Of a stretch of DNA of 64,000 nt, positions 27,188 through 38,200 are shown piece by piece. The stretch is from positions 1-64,000 of the IMG/VR virus record IMGVR_UViG_3300026197_000002; one strand, given 5' to 3'. The number at the start of each line of letters is the position of its first letter. Position 1 is the stretch's first letter. A program made the translations under genes and the position numbers. Below the pieces are notes generated by a model. That model was given only the letters and a program-made list of their open reading frames with translations. It did not search any database and had not been told where the DNA came from. Source of the stretch: a virus.

Positions 27188-28442
27188 TAAATTTAAAAAT
27201 CTTTCTGAACAAGATAGGAAATACTTTAATACTATTGGATTATCTAATAGTTTCTTGAAACATATCAATAATCATTGTTATAAAAGAACTTTTGATAAAG
27301 TTATTGAATCATCAGAAGGAGTAAAAGAAGGGTATGCTATATGGAGGGGTAATCAAATACATAATGTATTATATGACCCAGAATATATTAAAAAGTTTTG
27401 GTATATTAAAGTTCCTGAAATGAATAATAGAACTAAAATACCTAACATATATTATGATTTATGGTCAATAGCTGCAACAGATTTTAGATTTAAAGTTAAT
27501 TATGATGATTTAGTATTAGAGAGATATTGTATTCACTATAAGTTAAAGAATGATTATAAAGATGCAAAAACTTTATATGAGCTACTTATAGAAATGAATG
27601 AGAAAGGTGTTGATAATTTTAAAGAGTTATATGCAGCTTATACAGATAGTTGTAAAAAAGAAGTTAGAAAAATATATGATTTAAACTTAATGTTTAAAGA
27701 TAGTTTATTTGAATATTATGATAAAAAGAATCAACCTGGTACTATATGTCTTAATGAAGTAGGTAATGATAAAGGTAGGTATTTTAAAGATTTAAGTGAG
27801 ATACACGATTTTCTTATATTACTAGAATCTACAGTAACTATGCTAAATAGTAATGAGGAATACCTAGAACTTACAAGTAAACCTGATGGTGATGGTAAAT
27901 TTGTTAAATTGATAGAACAACCTATTGTAGTTGATATGGAAGATGAAGTTTTTAAGATTAAACCTGATTTCTTATCTTTATATTACACTGATAATAAAAT
28001 AGTAATAACTTTATTAGATTATAAAACTTATGTTGGTAATATTTTAGAAAAGATAATTGATAATAGATATATTGACCAACTATCATTATACTTAGAAGTT
28101 ATATTAAAATCTTATAGAAGTTTATTAAAAGGTCGTACAGTAGAAATAAGAACGGCTATTGTAGGAATACACGATAGTGGTTATAGTGAAGTTATTAATA
28201 TACATCAATACTCTTGTATGGCTTGTATGAATGACTATACTTTACAAGAATGTATGTTGAAAGATGGTATGTTTAATCCATATAAACCTGTTGAAAAAGA
28301 GTATAATGCAATAGATAATCCTTTTATTGTAGCCTACTTAAATATAGATTATAGATATGGTTTGAAAACCTTAATTGAGATATATAAGAAACATTTAAAA
28401 GATAAATATTATTATGAACTTGACGGAAGAATTTTTAACTAG
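27165..28442 (+). CDS. PD-(D/E)XK exonuclease-like protein
   Basis: GLSNSFLK, GNQIH, EQPI, KIKPD, LLDYKT, YxxQLSLY. Confidence 0.85.
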   Translation: MTIEEVNNKFKNLSEQDRKYFNTIGLSNSFLKHINNHCYKRTFDKVIESSEGVKEGYAIWRGNQIHNVLYDPEYIKKFWYIKVPEMNNRTKIPNIYYDLWSIAATDFRFKVNYDDLVLERYCIHYKLKNDYKDAKTLYELLIEMNEKGVDNFKELYAAYTDSCKKEVRKIYDLNLMFKDSLFEYYDKKNQPGTICLNEVGNDKGRYFKDLSEIHDFLILLESTVTMLNSNEEYLELTSKPDGDGKFVKLIEQPIVVDMEDEVFKIKPDFLSLYYTDNKIVITLLDYKTYVGNILEKIIDNRYIDQLSLYLEVILKSYRSLLKGRTVEIRTAIVGIHDSGYSEVINIHQYSCMACMNDYTLQECMLKDGMFNPYKPVEKEYNAIDNPFIVAYLNIDYRYGLKTLIEIYKKHLKDKYYYELDGRIFN

Positions 28443-28710
28443 CATTGCTAATGGTGGTACAAGAGCTGTAATACTTTATACATTATTACATAATATGTTA
28501 AAAGAAACTGAATCTAAAAAACCTGTTGAATCTAAGAACCCCAAAAAGGAGATTAAATCTATGGGATATACTATGATTAATAAAATAGAAGAAGTTATTA
28601 ATGAAGAAAGAGATACGTTGAATCTAAATTCAGAAGATGAAAGTTATTTATTTAAGATATTCAGAGAACCTTTAATAAAAATAATAAATGAATATTCATC
28701 TGCCAAATAA
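28414..28710 (+). CDS. hypothetical protein
   Basis: 98-aa ORF. Confidence 0.7.
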   Translation: MNLTEEFLTSIANGGTRAVILYTLLHNMLKETESKKPVESKNPKKEIKSMGYTMINKIEEVINEERDTLNLNSEDESYLFKIFREPLIKIINEYSSAK

Positions 28711-29230
28711 AAACAATTATCCTCACACTATGTCTACATATTTATTATTACCTTTAGCAGGTCTTAGTAAAACCATGTTTAAGGGATTATATAACGTATA
28801 TGTAGACCCTGTTGAATTACAATTACATGTATTTTGTAAAGTGGAGAATAGTAAATATGATAATTATGTTAGAAAGTATAATCATATTATTGATAATACA
28901 ACATACATTTGTTATATTTATTCAATAAGGCAAAAGAATCATAAATACGCATTAAAACTTTTATCAGGTGAAGGAAGTAAGATACCATTAGCTATAAGAG
29001 ATTATATAGCACAAAATAGTGGACTTACTTATAAGAAATATACAAAGAATGGTTATATATCAGATTATATAGTTTATTGTCTTATAGATAATAAAGAGTA
29101 TTTAACAATAATATATGAGAAGTTTTTTCTACCAATGTATGATACAATAGAAGAAGCTGAAAATGAATTTTATAATTCAGAACTAATCCCTTATATTGAG
29201 GGTGATGAATATATAAGTAATATACTATAA
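28688..29230 (+). CDS. conserved crAss-like hypothetical protein
   Basis: TxSTYLLLPL...NVY...GEGSKI pattern; located downstream of the nuclease. Confidence 0.7.
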   Translation: MNIHLPNKNNYPHTMSTYLLLPLAGLSKTMFKGLYNVYVDPVELQLHVFCKVENSKYDNYVRKYNHIIDNTTYICYIYSIRQKNHKYALKLLSGEGSKIPLAIRDYIAQNSGLTYKKYTKNGYISDYIVYCLIDNKEYLTIIYEKFFLPMYDTIEEAENEFYNSELIPYIEGDEYISNIL

Positions 29231-29231
29231 A

Positions 29232-29510
29232 ATGAATAAACAACTTTATGTTTCAGATGTTATTATTAAAAATGATAATGATGAAATAATATTAAAATTA
29301 GAAACCTCTATAATAAAAGGAGGTTTCTTTACTATACTAGATGATGGTAATAGTAAACCTGCACAAGGGTTTACTACCAATATAGATGTAGCTAATAAAT
29401 ACGCTTATGGATTTATTGATAGAGGTAGAGAATATGGCTATGTAGAATATACACATTTACCATGTTTTAATCATAAAGATATATGGTTTAGATTAAATGA
29501 TACAAATTAA
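29232..29510 (+). CDS. hypothetical protein
   Basis: 92-aa ORF. Confidence 0.7.
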   Translation: MNKQLYVSDVIIKNDNDEIILKLETSIIKGGFFTILDDGNSKPAQGFTTNIDVANKYAYGFIDRGREYGYVEYTHLPCFNHKDIWFRLNDTN

Positions 29511-29734
29511 TGAAAAATAACACACACTATTCTCAAAAAGATAGTAATTATGAGCCTTATAAAGTCATATCTAAATGGAATTTGAATTTTAATTTAGGAA
29601 ATGTTATTAAATATGTTGTAAGAGCTGGTAAAAAGAAGAATAATTCTTTGGAAGAAGATTTATTAAAAGCTAAACAGTATATTGATTTTGAATTAGAAAT
29701 GTATTATAATAATAAAGATAATGAAAAACAATAA
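29510..29734 (+). CDS. DUF3310 protein (T7 gp1.7-like nucleotide kinase family)
   Basis: HY...EP...FNLGNVIKYVVRAGKK...EDLLKAKQYI. Confidence 0.9.
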   Translation: MKNNTHYSQKDSNYEPYKVISKWNLNFNLGNVIKYVVRAGKKKNNSLEEDLLKAKQYIDFELEMYYNNKDNEKQ

Positions 29735-29903
29735 ATGTTTAAATTGTGGTAATGAAATTTATTCATTACTACCTAAAAAGTATTGTAATTCTAAATGTGG
29801 TTATAAATATAGAAATAGAAATGTAAAAAAGAATAAAAAGTTAAGAGCTTATTCTTGGAAAAAACAATTTAATTATAAAAGTGAAAAGCAATGGAACAAT
29901 TAA
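29721..29903 (+). CDS. small basic zinc-finger protein
   Basis: CLNCG...KKYCNSKC. Confidence 0.75.
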   Translation: MKNNKCLNCGNEIYSLLPKKYCNSKCGYKYRNRNVKKNKKLRAYSWKKQFNYKSEKQWNN

Positions 29904-30397
29904 TTTATTTGGTACTAGGATTATTGGGATTTTCTATAATATCACTGTATCAAAAAATTAAAAATGCAGTATTTTATTTTAGAAATTATATAAATTCTAA
30001 TAGTAACTTTACTGATGAAGAATATCTAAATATTAGAGAAGATTTAATAGCTAATTATAATAATATACATATAATACAGATAGAACAAGATATTCTTATG
30101 AATATCTCGGTTATTCTAGTATCTCTAGCAGTATATCCTTTTGGTCAGTATAGTTGGTATAGTTTATTAATATTACCTTTTGGATTTTGTGTTATAAGTA
30201 TATTTAATTATATATCTCAAAGATATATTAATGTTGGTAACAACTTAGATATAAATTATGAACCTAAATATACTGAATATTTAGAAGGTAAATGGAGAGT
30301 TAAACTATTTAGAGGTAAATACGGTAGATTATTACTTGGTATATTATCTACTATATATCTTATAGTTATATTATTAATTTTTAATGTAATATTATAA
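29891..30397 (+). CDS. multi-pass membrane protein
   Basis: About 4 hydrophobic segments. Confidence 0.75.
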   Translation: MEQLIYLVLGLLGFSIISLYQKIKNAVFYFRNYINSNSNFTDEEYLNIREDLIANYNNIHIIQIEQDILMNISVILVSLAVYPFGQYSWYSLLILPFGFCVISIFNYISQRYINVGNNLDINYEPKYTEYLEGKWRVKLFRGKYGRLLLGILSTIYLIVILLIFNVIL

Positions 30398-30663
30398 TGT
30401 GTAATCATAAATATATTCCTACATATAAGAAATGGATACCTACAAAAGATGGAAACTATATTAAGAAATATAGAGTACTTATATGTGAGAAATGTGGTAA
30501 AGATAAAATAAGTAAATCTCCTGAATCTAAATATAAAATTTTAGATGAAGGACTTAAAAAGATATACGATAAAGTATCTGAAAAACAAGAAGCCGAGTAT
30601 GTAAGAAATACTCATAAATTATTAGATAAATTCAACAATAAAATAGGAGATTTAAAATTATGA
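30397..30663 (+). CDS. small zinc-binding protein
   Basis: CNHKY...CEKCGK. Confidence 0.7.
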   Translation: MCNHKYIPTYKKWIPTKDGNYIKKYRVLICEKCGKDKISKSPESKYKILDEGLKKIYDKVSEKQEAEYVRNTHKLLDKFNNKIGDLKL

Positions 30664-31103
30664 TAGTAAAAAAAGTAGAAGAATGGATGACTAAGTTTAA
30701 TAGACCTTTCAATACAGATTCATCTAAAAAATTACAAGCAGCTTTTGAAATGTTTAAAGAAGAATATGAAGAATTATGTGAAGCAATAGCTAGGAATGAT
30801 GAAATTGAAATAATGGATGGTATAGCTGATTTATTATGGACAGTAATACAATATAGTTTTACCAAAGGTTATAACCCCACAGATTTAATAGATGCTGTAT
30901 ATGAAAGTAATATGAGTAAACTTATTACTGATAAAGAGCAGGGGGAACTAGAAGTATCTAAGTACAACTTGAATAATCCAGAAGTTGAACAGGTATTTCT
31001 TGAATATGATAATGATAAAGGTTATGGATACCTTAAACGTATTAGAGATGGTAAAATTAGAAAAACCTCTACATTTAAAGAACCTAAATTTATTACACCT
31101 TAA
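30660..31103 (+). CDS. MazG-like / PRA-PH NTP pyrophosphohydrolase
   Basis: EEYEEL, EIMDGIADLLW, VYESNMSKL, DGKIRK. Confidence 0.9.
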   Translation: MIVKKVEEWMTKFNRPFNTDSSKKLQAAFEMFKEEYEELCEAIARNDEIEIMDGIADLLWTVIQYSFTKGYNPTDLIDAVYESNMSKLITDKEQGELEVSKYNLNNPEVEQVFLEYDNDKGYGYLKRIRDGKIRKTSTFKEPKFITP

Positions 31104-31104
31104 T

Positions 31105-31305
31105 ATGAGAATTAGTAAAGTAATATTAGATAATCAAGATACTCCTGTTACTTGGGAGTATCTTAGATTTAAAGGTATTCCTGAAATGGACAGTGATTCC
31201 TTAGAAGGAATCATGTTTAATCAAGGATTGGTGTTTAAGACAGGAATTATAATAGATAGTGAGTATATAGAAACTTGGAGAATCCACATAATAAACAATA
31301 TATAA
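31105..31305 (+). CDS. hypothetical protein (start moved to ATG 31105)
   Basis: ATG 1 nt after the upstream stop; avoids a 119-nt overlap. Confidence 0.6.
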   Translation: MRISKVILDNQDTPVTWEYLRFKGIPEMDSDSLEGIMFNQGLVFKTGIIIDSEYIETWRIHIINNI

Positions 31306-31306
31306 T

Positions 31307-31822
31307 ATGATATTAGTAATATATGATAAGTTAAATGATTCAGCTGTTGGTGATAGAAAGTATATATTAGACGCTTTAAATAAACAGAACTATTATTTTG
31401 ATGATAGTCGTGTAATTGATGTTGAAGAATTATTCAGAAGTATGTTAGGAGATATTTCATACTCATATTTTTATTTTAATGAGTTTGCAAGACATATAAT
31501 AGAACATTACCCTGAAGTTATATACAATAGAATACTTGAAAAATATACAGTATTTAAAGATTCTAAATTAATTACTAATGTAAGCAGTAGTTATGATTTT
31601 ATAAATGATAAAATTGTAAAGGATAAAGTAGATTCTTCTTATAAAGAACCTCTTGTAATTCACCCTATTGTTGTTATAGATAGATATAATTATTTAAAAG
31701 ATATATTTAAGTCTGAATATATATTAACATGTAAAATTGATTGCATAACTAATGGTAAATTAGTTATAGCTGAATTTAATAATAATTTGTTAAAATACTT
31801 TAATAAAAAATTAGATGTATAA
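31307..31822 (+). CDS. hypothetical protein
   Basis: 171-aa ORF, last gene of the + strand block. Confidence 0.7.
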   Translation: MILVIYDKLNDSAVGDRKYILDALNKQNYYFDDSRVIDVEELFRSMLGDISYSYFYFNEFARHIIEHYPEVIYNRILEKYTVFKDSKLITNVSSSYDFINDKIVKDKVDSSYKEPLVIHPIVVIDRYNYLKDIFKSEYILTCKIDCITNGKLVIAEFNNNLLKYFNKKLDV

Positions 31823-31827
31823 AATAT

Positions 31828-31858
31828 AAAAGGAAGTTTAATAGACTTCCTTTTTTTT
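31828..31858. terminator. bidirectional terminator between convergent gene blocks
   Basis: aaaaggaagttta/tagacttcctttt inverted repeat with flanking A and T runs. Confidence 0.85.
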
Positions 31859-31885
31859 AGACCATAGCTCTACTGTATATTAATA

Positions 31886-34800
31886 TTATCTTTTAATATA
31901 TGATAAAGTTTCATCTACTTTAAATAATCTATCTACCTGATTTAATACAGGAATTAAATCTCCTGTTTCTTTCCATAACTTTAATTGACCAGCATATCTA
32001 CCTCTTTCATAAGTTTCAAAGATGTATCCAGGTGTATGAAAAGGATTTATAGTTCTATCTAGTAAATCCATAGTATCATCTAGTACGGTTATTGCAGCTG
32101 ATGGAGTCTTTAATATTTTAAGAGCTTCCATAGGATTAGTAAATGCTGAAAATTCAGAATTTAATCTACGTACTTGATATTCTAAGAATTGTAAGAATTT
32201 CTTATCTTCATCATCTCCCACACCTTCTGCTAATCCTGCTATTAACATACCTGCTAATATTGCAAATGTTGCATATTTTAATTCTGCTACAGTTTGCATA
32301 ACTTTACGTTTTTTCCAAGTAGGTAATTCTTGCCAAGCCTTAGTTTTAGTTCTACCAAAAAACATTTTAAGTATTTCACCATCTTTTTTAACACTTTTTA
32401 AGAACTCTAAGGTTGCTATATACATACCACCTTCTTCTGACCTAAGATTTTGATTATATCTATCTTCACCATTATAGGTTAATTTAGCCCAACGTTTATC
32501 CCATCCAGGTTTTACCCACTTACGGAATAACATACCAAGTCTACCTAGAGAATACTGTTGCATTACAGTAAGGTCTTGGTATGAATAGTTACCATGATTC
32601 TGTCTATATAATTCTTTTACACGTCTAGTAAATAAAGTCATTTGATAAGGGTCTACTTTTTCACCAGCTTCTACTTTCTCATATACTGATGGTAAACTAT
32701 TAAATTCTTCTTTAATTCTAGCTTTACCTTCTTTACTAAATGGGTCAATACCTTGTATATCTGCCCATTCATCTGCTGATACTATTTTACCATTTTCTAA
32801 TACTTTATGAGAGTTCATCATAGCCATTGCCATAGTTACTTGTATCTTATTCTCTCCCATAGATGATAAGAAATATAAAGTATCTGTTGATGTAAGAGAT
32901 TTAGATACTCTATCTTCTGACATAGCTGTGCCAAATTCATTAAATTGTTGAATAATATCATGTTCCATCATCCATTTAGTAAAATTACTTTTAGGTACTC
33001 TTGTAAATTTATCTTTAAACAAAGTTTTCATTTTACCAGCATATTGTTTATATGCTTTACGTAAATCTTTTTTATTATAAAATCTACCACCACTAGCTTC
33101 CATTCTATTCATTAATGTACCCATTAATAGGTTATTAACTCCTGAAAACATATTAAACCCTAACCCTATAATAGATGTAAATTTAGCTACACCATCACCA
33201 ATTTTAGGTAATGATGTGAGTAATGGTTCTTTTTTATATACATATAGCCCAGAAGAACTATATATCATATTACCATCTGAATCATAACTTATAACTTTTT
33301 TATCTAAATCTTTTTTAATAGTATCAGGTAATTCAGATAAATTATCCTCCTTATTCCACACTACTCCTTTTTTTAAAGTAATAGTTTTACCAACTTTTTT
33401 ACGTTCTCCATACATCATCATATCAATAGCTTTAACTAGACGCTTGTAGGCTTTACTCTCAATACCTTGCATCTGTATAGGATTCCCAGATTGGTCAGTT
33501 TTACCATTGTATTCCCTAGTAGACATTATATCTTTTAGAGTTTCCATTTCAGAATATACATTTAACATTTCTGAATAATTCTCACTCATTTGAGAAAATG
33601 ATATTAATGACTGAAATAAATCTAATGATACATCATTAGGACTTATATTATGCTTTTTATTGCCTATTGTAGATGTATATTTAATAGGTATAAATTTATG
33701 TTCTGTACCATCAGCATTTACAAATACAAAATCTTTTTCATTATCTTTTCTAAATGTAAAGTTATCTAAGGCTGATTCTTTTATAGCTCCTAATTTCTTA
33801 GCACCTGATTCATCATATATACGGTCTGTTGAGTTTTTATATATAGGTATTAATTGGAAACCTCTTTTATATTGATTGGGTAAATGGTATTCTGCTAAAC
33901 CTTTATTGACTTTATATGCTACATAAAATCTAGCTTGTCCAGAGAATTTACCATCTTCTAATATTTCATCTATTGTTATACCTTTTTTTAAAGATTCCTC
34001 ATTAGATTCGTATACCTTAGTTAATTCTTCTACTTCTTTTTTTAAATCATCATCTAATTCATTAGGTTTTTTAATAGCTCCTGTAAGTTTACCATCAGAA
34101 TCTCTTGCTAACATAAAATCATATAACTTTTCATGTTTTCTAACCCTAGTACTTTTACGTAAAGCATTATAAGCATCCCCTAATTCTCCATTAATAAGAG
34201 TTGTTACAACTTTTTGATTAACTCTTTCTTTCTTAGACTGCATTATATTATTAACTATTTGTAATACTTGGTCAGGTGCAGTACCTAAACTATTACTCAT
34301 ATATGTTGCATAGCTAATATCTTCTGTTGTAGATACCAATAATTGTTTAATATCTTTTTTATTAAGATTAGGGTTAAGATTATATGAATTAAGAAATGAT
34401 GATATATGTTTAATTGCTAAACTCTTATAAATAGTACTCATCTTATTACTAAATTTAGCAGTATTCATTATAGCTTCTTCAGCAGTATTTTCCATATCAC
34501 CTTTACCAAACCCTTCTTTTTCATCCATTAACTCAAATAATTGCCCTGTATCTTGAAATAATACATTAGATTTATAAATATGAAACATCTTAGTAAATAA
34601 TTGTCGTCTTTCATTATCTGTTAAATCTTCTCTCTTATATCTCTCATTAATTTCCATCAATTTCTCCATAGCAGATGCCGTGTATGTTTCAGCTAGTAAT
34701 ATATAGGAATATATAGCTTCATCTATGGATGCTGAATCTAATGCTTCTTCTGATTTTTCTACTAATTCTACTAATTCTTTTGGTGCATCACCTGAACTTT

Positions 34801-35260
34801 TTTCTACAATTTTAATTTGGTTCTTTATTTTATTAATTCTAGTAAGTAATGAGTTTCGTTTTTCATTAAACCCTTCTAAATTATCTACTAACTTACTCAC
34901 TGATGATTCAGTTATATTCTCTAATTCAACACCCGTAGCTAATAATGAAAAGTTTAATACATCTCCATAGTTGTTATATATAAGACCTTTTTCATAAGTA
35001 GGTAATTCAAATTCTCCTTTATCACCTTTCCATTTTTGAAAAGCATGAGTTTCTACCAATGCAGCAGCTTTAGATATTACAGCATTAGTATCTATTAAAT
35101 CTTTATAATCAGGTTTTGGTGTATCAGTAATACCAGCGGTCTTTAAGTCTTGATATTCTTGTTTAACTTCTCTATTATAATCTTCAATTTCTTTATTCTT
35201 TTTATCAAAATCCTCTTTAATTGCTTTATAAAAAGGATGACTCATATTAGGACATTTCAT
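31886..35260 (-). CDS. large virion/ejected protein following the RNAP gene
   Basis: 1124 aa; MKCPN start, HGNYS...QYSLGRLGMLFRKW motif, C-terminal hydrophobic helix; crAss-like synteny. Confidence 0.8.
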   Translation of the reverse strand: MKCPNMSHPFYKAIKEDFDKKNKEIEDYNREVKQEYQDLKTAGITDTPKPDYKDLIDTNAVISKAAALVETHAFQKWKGDKGEFELPTYEKGLIYNNYGDVLNFSLLATGVELENITESSVSKLVDNLEGFNEKRNSLLTRINKIKNQIKIVEKSSGDAPKELVELVEKSEEALDSASIDEAIYSYILLAETYTASAMEKLMEINERYKREDLTDNERRQLFTKMFHIYKSNVLFQDTGQLFELMDEKEGFGKGDMENTAEEAIMNTAKFSNKMSTIYKSLAIKHISSFLNSYNLNPNLNKKDIKQLLVSTTEDISYATYMSNSLGTAPDQVLQIVNNIMQSKKERVNQKVVTTLINGELGDAYNALRKSTRVRKHEKLYDFMLARDSDGKLTGAIKKPNELDDDLKKEVEELTKVYESNEESLKKGITIDEILEDGKFSGQARFYVAYKVNKGLAEYHLPNQYKRGFQLIPIYKNSTDRIYDESGAKKLGAIKESALDNFTFRKDNEKDFVFVNADGTEHKFIPIKYTSTIGNKKHNISPNDVSLDLFQSLISFSQMSENYSEMLNVYSEMETLKDIMSTREYNGKTDQSGNPIQMQGIESKAYKRLVKAIDMMMYGERKKVGKTITLKKGVVWNKEDNLSELPDTIKKDLDKKVISYDSDGNMIYSSSGLYVYKKEPLLTSLPKIGDGVAKFTSIIGLGFNMFSGVNNLLMGTLMNRMEASGGRFYNKKDLRKAYKQYAGKMKTLFKDKFTRVPKSNFTKWMMEHDIIQQFNEFGTAMSEDRVSKSLTSTDTLYFLSSMGENKIQVTMAMAMMNSHKVLENGKIVSADEWADIQGIDPFSKEGKARIKEEFNSLPSVYEKVEAGEKVDPYQMTLFTRRVKELYRQNHGNYSYQDLTVMQQYSLGRLGMLFRKWVKPGWDKRWAKLTYNGEDRYNQNLRSEEGGMYIATLEFLKSVKKDGEILKMFFGRTKTKAWQELPTWKKRKVMQTVAELKYATFAILAGMLIAGLAEGVGDDEDKKFLQFLEYQVRRLNSEFSAFTNPMEALKILKTPSAAITVLDDTMDLLDRTINPFHTPGYIFETYERGRYAGQLKLWKETGDLIPVLNQVDRLFKVDETLSYIKR

Positions 35261-35277
35261 ACATTTAATTTATTAAG

Positions 35278-38200
35278 TTAAAAACAATTCTTTAATATTT
35301 CATCAGCTTTATTATTCAGGTTATTCCAGCCTTTTTCAGATAAATCTAGGGTACTCCTGCTGTTTATATAATTCTTCAAGTATGTTACAGGAGATAAATT
35401 ATTAGATTCTATATAGGTATCATAACTAGGTAATTCTTTTGGATTTAATCCTTCAAAACTATTAGCTACTTCTTGTACTACTTTATTATATGATTTCTCA
35501 TCAGCTTGTACTTCTGATGATTGTGGAGGTGTATAATTTTCAGGTACAGATGTACTATAATTTTTAACTTGTGATGTACCTAATGGTTGTACTGTGGTAT
35601 ATTTAAGTTTTAAAGAATCCATAGCTTGCAAAGAATATTCAGGCATACCTGTAAAGTTAGCTACTGTATAATATACTATTGGTAATTCCTTTGGTAAATT
35701 ATTAAAATCATAGAGTTCAACAAATTCTCTATTCTTTTTTTGTCTAAGGAATTGTTCAGGAAAATTACCAATAATTGATTCTATATCATTAATACTATCT
35801 GACATAAGTCCTATAAAATCTTCAGCAGGTATTAATTCAATAAATGACCTAAATGTATTACCTACACCATTTTGTGATAAATTAACTGCTATTAAATCTT
35901 TATATAATTCAGGATTAATTTCAGATAATTCTCTCATAGAATCTATTAATTTGTTGGCTTCAATAGAGTCTAATTTCCTATTAGTAAACTTAATTAAATC
36001 CTTACCTTCTTTATTATAATTAAGTTGAACATCTAATGAGTTAAAGAAGTCATTATTTTTATATGTATCATTTTGTCGTAATGCTATAATACGTTTTCCT
36101 AAAGAATCTTCATTAGCACTATCCAATAAGACTTTCCCCCTAGTCATAAAATCTCTCTTATTATATTCTAATAAGTACTGTTTAAAATCATCATTAATAG
36201 TTTTAACTAATTTCTCTGCATTATATCCTTTTTGAAATTTAGCATTATCTTCTATAAATTTAATAGTATTACGATATGCTGATTTATTAAACATCTTGTA
36301 ATACCCTGCCAATGCTTTTTTACCCTCATAAACTATAGAATTAGCTTTACTAACTGTTGAATAGTTTTGAACGTCTTTTAACCCTGAAAAGTTTTCAAAA
36401 GCAGGGTCTAACATATCCTCCGTAGCTTTATGTAAAGTATACATATCTTTTCTAAATCCTTTTGTATCAGCATTTATACCACTCATAACTTTTGATAAAT
36501 TAGAACTTATCCTATTCATATTATCATAAATATATATCATAGTTCTAGCATCAGATGAATCAATTTCAGAACCTTTTAACATAGAATCTAAAACAGAATC
36601 CATATCATTATAATCTTTTATAGGAGTTTTAAGATTAGCATTATATTTACTCAATACTTTATTTCTAACAGCAGATGGTACTAAGCTAGTAAGTTCTGAT
36701 TCAGCATCTCTTTTAGCTTTTGCATAATCTCTAATAACAGGATTTCTCATAAACTTAGCAGCTACTAATGGAGATATTCCCATTCTTATCATACTATAAA
36801 ATACACCAGCTGTTGTAGGAGATACATTTAGGTAAAAGATATAAGGGTCTTTTGCAACATCTACTGCTGAATTAAGTAATGCCGATAATGTTTCAGATAT
36901 AAGATTACCATCTACATCTATTGCTCCTGAAAATATAGGATTACCTTCTTCATCTTTATTATAATTAAAAGGTATTGTAAATAGTTTTTTAGTCTTTTTA
37001 TTTCTAAGACTTTCAATATCAAACTTAATATCATAATTACTAAACAATGCGTGAGATGTACCGTGTAATGCACCAATACCTATAAGCTCTTTACCCGCTA
37101 AGAAATTACTAAATAATCCATCTTGTGTAGATACACTGAATAATTGATTCATTGAAATTTTATCATAAGCACCGTCTATCTCACTCTTTGGTTTACCTAA
37201 TTCAAGACTTCTAATTTCTTTAACTATATCTTTCATATTATCATCTGATATAGGTGACATAAGTTGTCTTACATTTTCAGGTAATTCCATAATTTCTTTT
37301 TGCAATTCTAACATTCTATTTTGTGCAGATTTCCTATTCATTTTAGGATTAATAGGATTTCTTTTAGATATTTCACTAAGAGAATCTCTTATAGCTTTAT
37401 TATATTTTTCTTGATTAAGTTGAGCAGGACTAAGAGGTTTTGATTCATTTTTAGTCCAAACTCCCAATACTTGCCCATCAACTGTTTGCTCTGAATAGTT
37501 ATATCCTTCAAATTTTAAATTTTCATATAATCGTTTTTCACCTGAATTGTATAAACCATATTCTTTTTCAAATTCATCAGAAGATAAATCAATAGGTCTT
37601 TGTTGTTTAGTTCTAGGATTGTAATGAATATAATCTTCATTATCAGTTATCAAAGTAGCCCCTGCTTCTAAGGCTTTTAATGCTTCTGTTATAGTTTTAT
37701 ATTGTTGTTCTTTTCTAATCTGATTGTTACCTCTTTTACCACCAATAGATACAAATATTACATCATTAGAAGAATAATTACCTGTATTAGCATATTTACC
37801 TGCTTGTTGCCTGTATAACTCTGTAGAACTATTTGGGATACCTTCTCCAAAACCTATAAATTGTGTAGCTACACTTGCTTTTATAGCAGCTTTATTATCA
37901 GCATATTGTTTTGGTTTTACAGTAAATAAATTCTTTTTTGTTAAAGGTTTTTGTTGATTTTTAGAAGAGTTATTATTATACTCTTGATTACTCTGGTCAG
38001 AACTAGGAGATTCTTTTTTAATTTGTAAATCATTCAAATCTTGTCTTGTTAAAAAAGCATCAGTTAGTACCTTAGTTAATTGTTCTTTTTCTAATTTAGA
38101 TAACTTTTTTAAATCTCCTAATAACCAATTAACAAACTTTGTCCACCAAGACCATGCTTCACCTTTTTGTTTAACAGCTTGTTCACCTATAGCTTGGACT

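Noticed and set aside
2235-30865. Short - strand ORFs within the + strand block
   Set aside because: Antisense shadows of real genes with no motifs or start context
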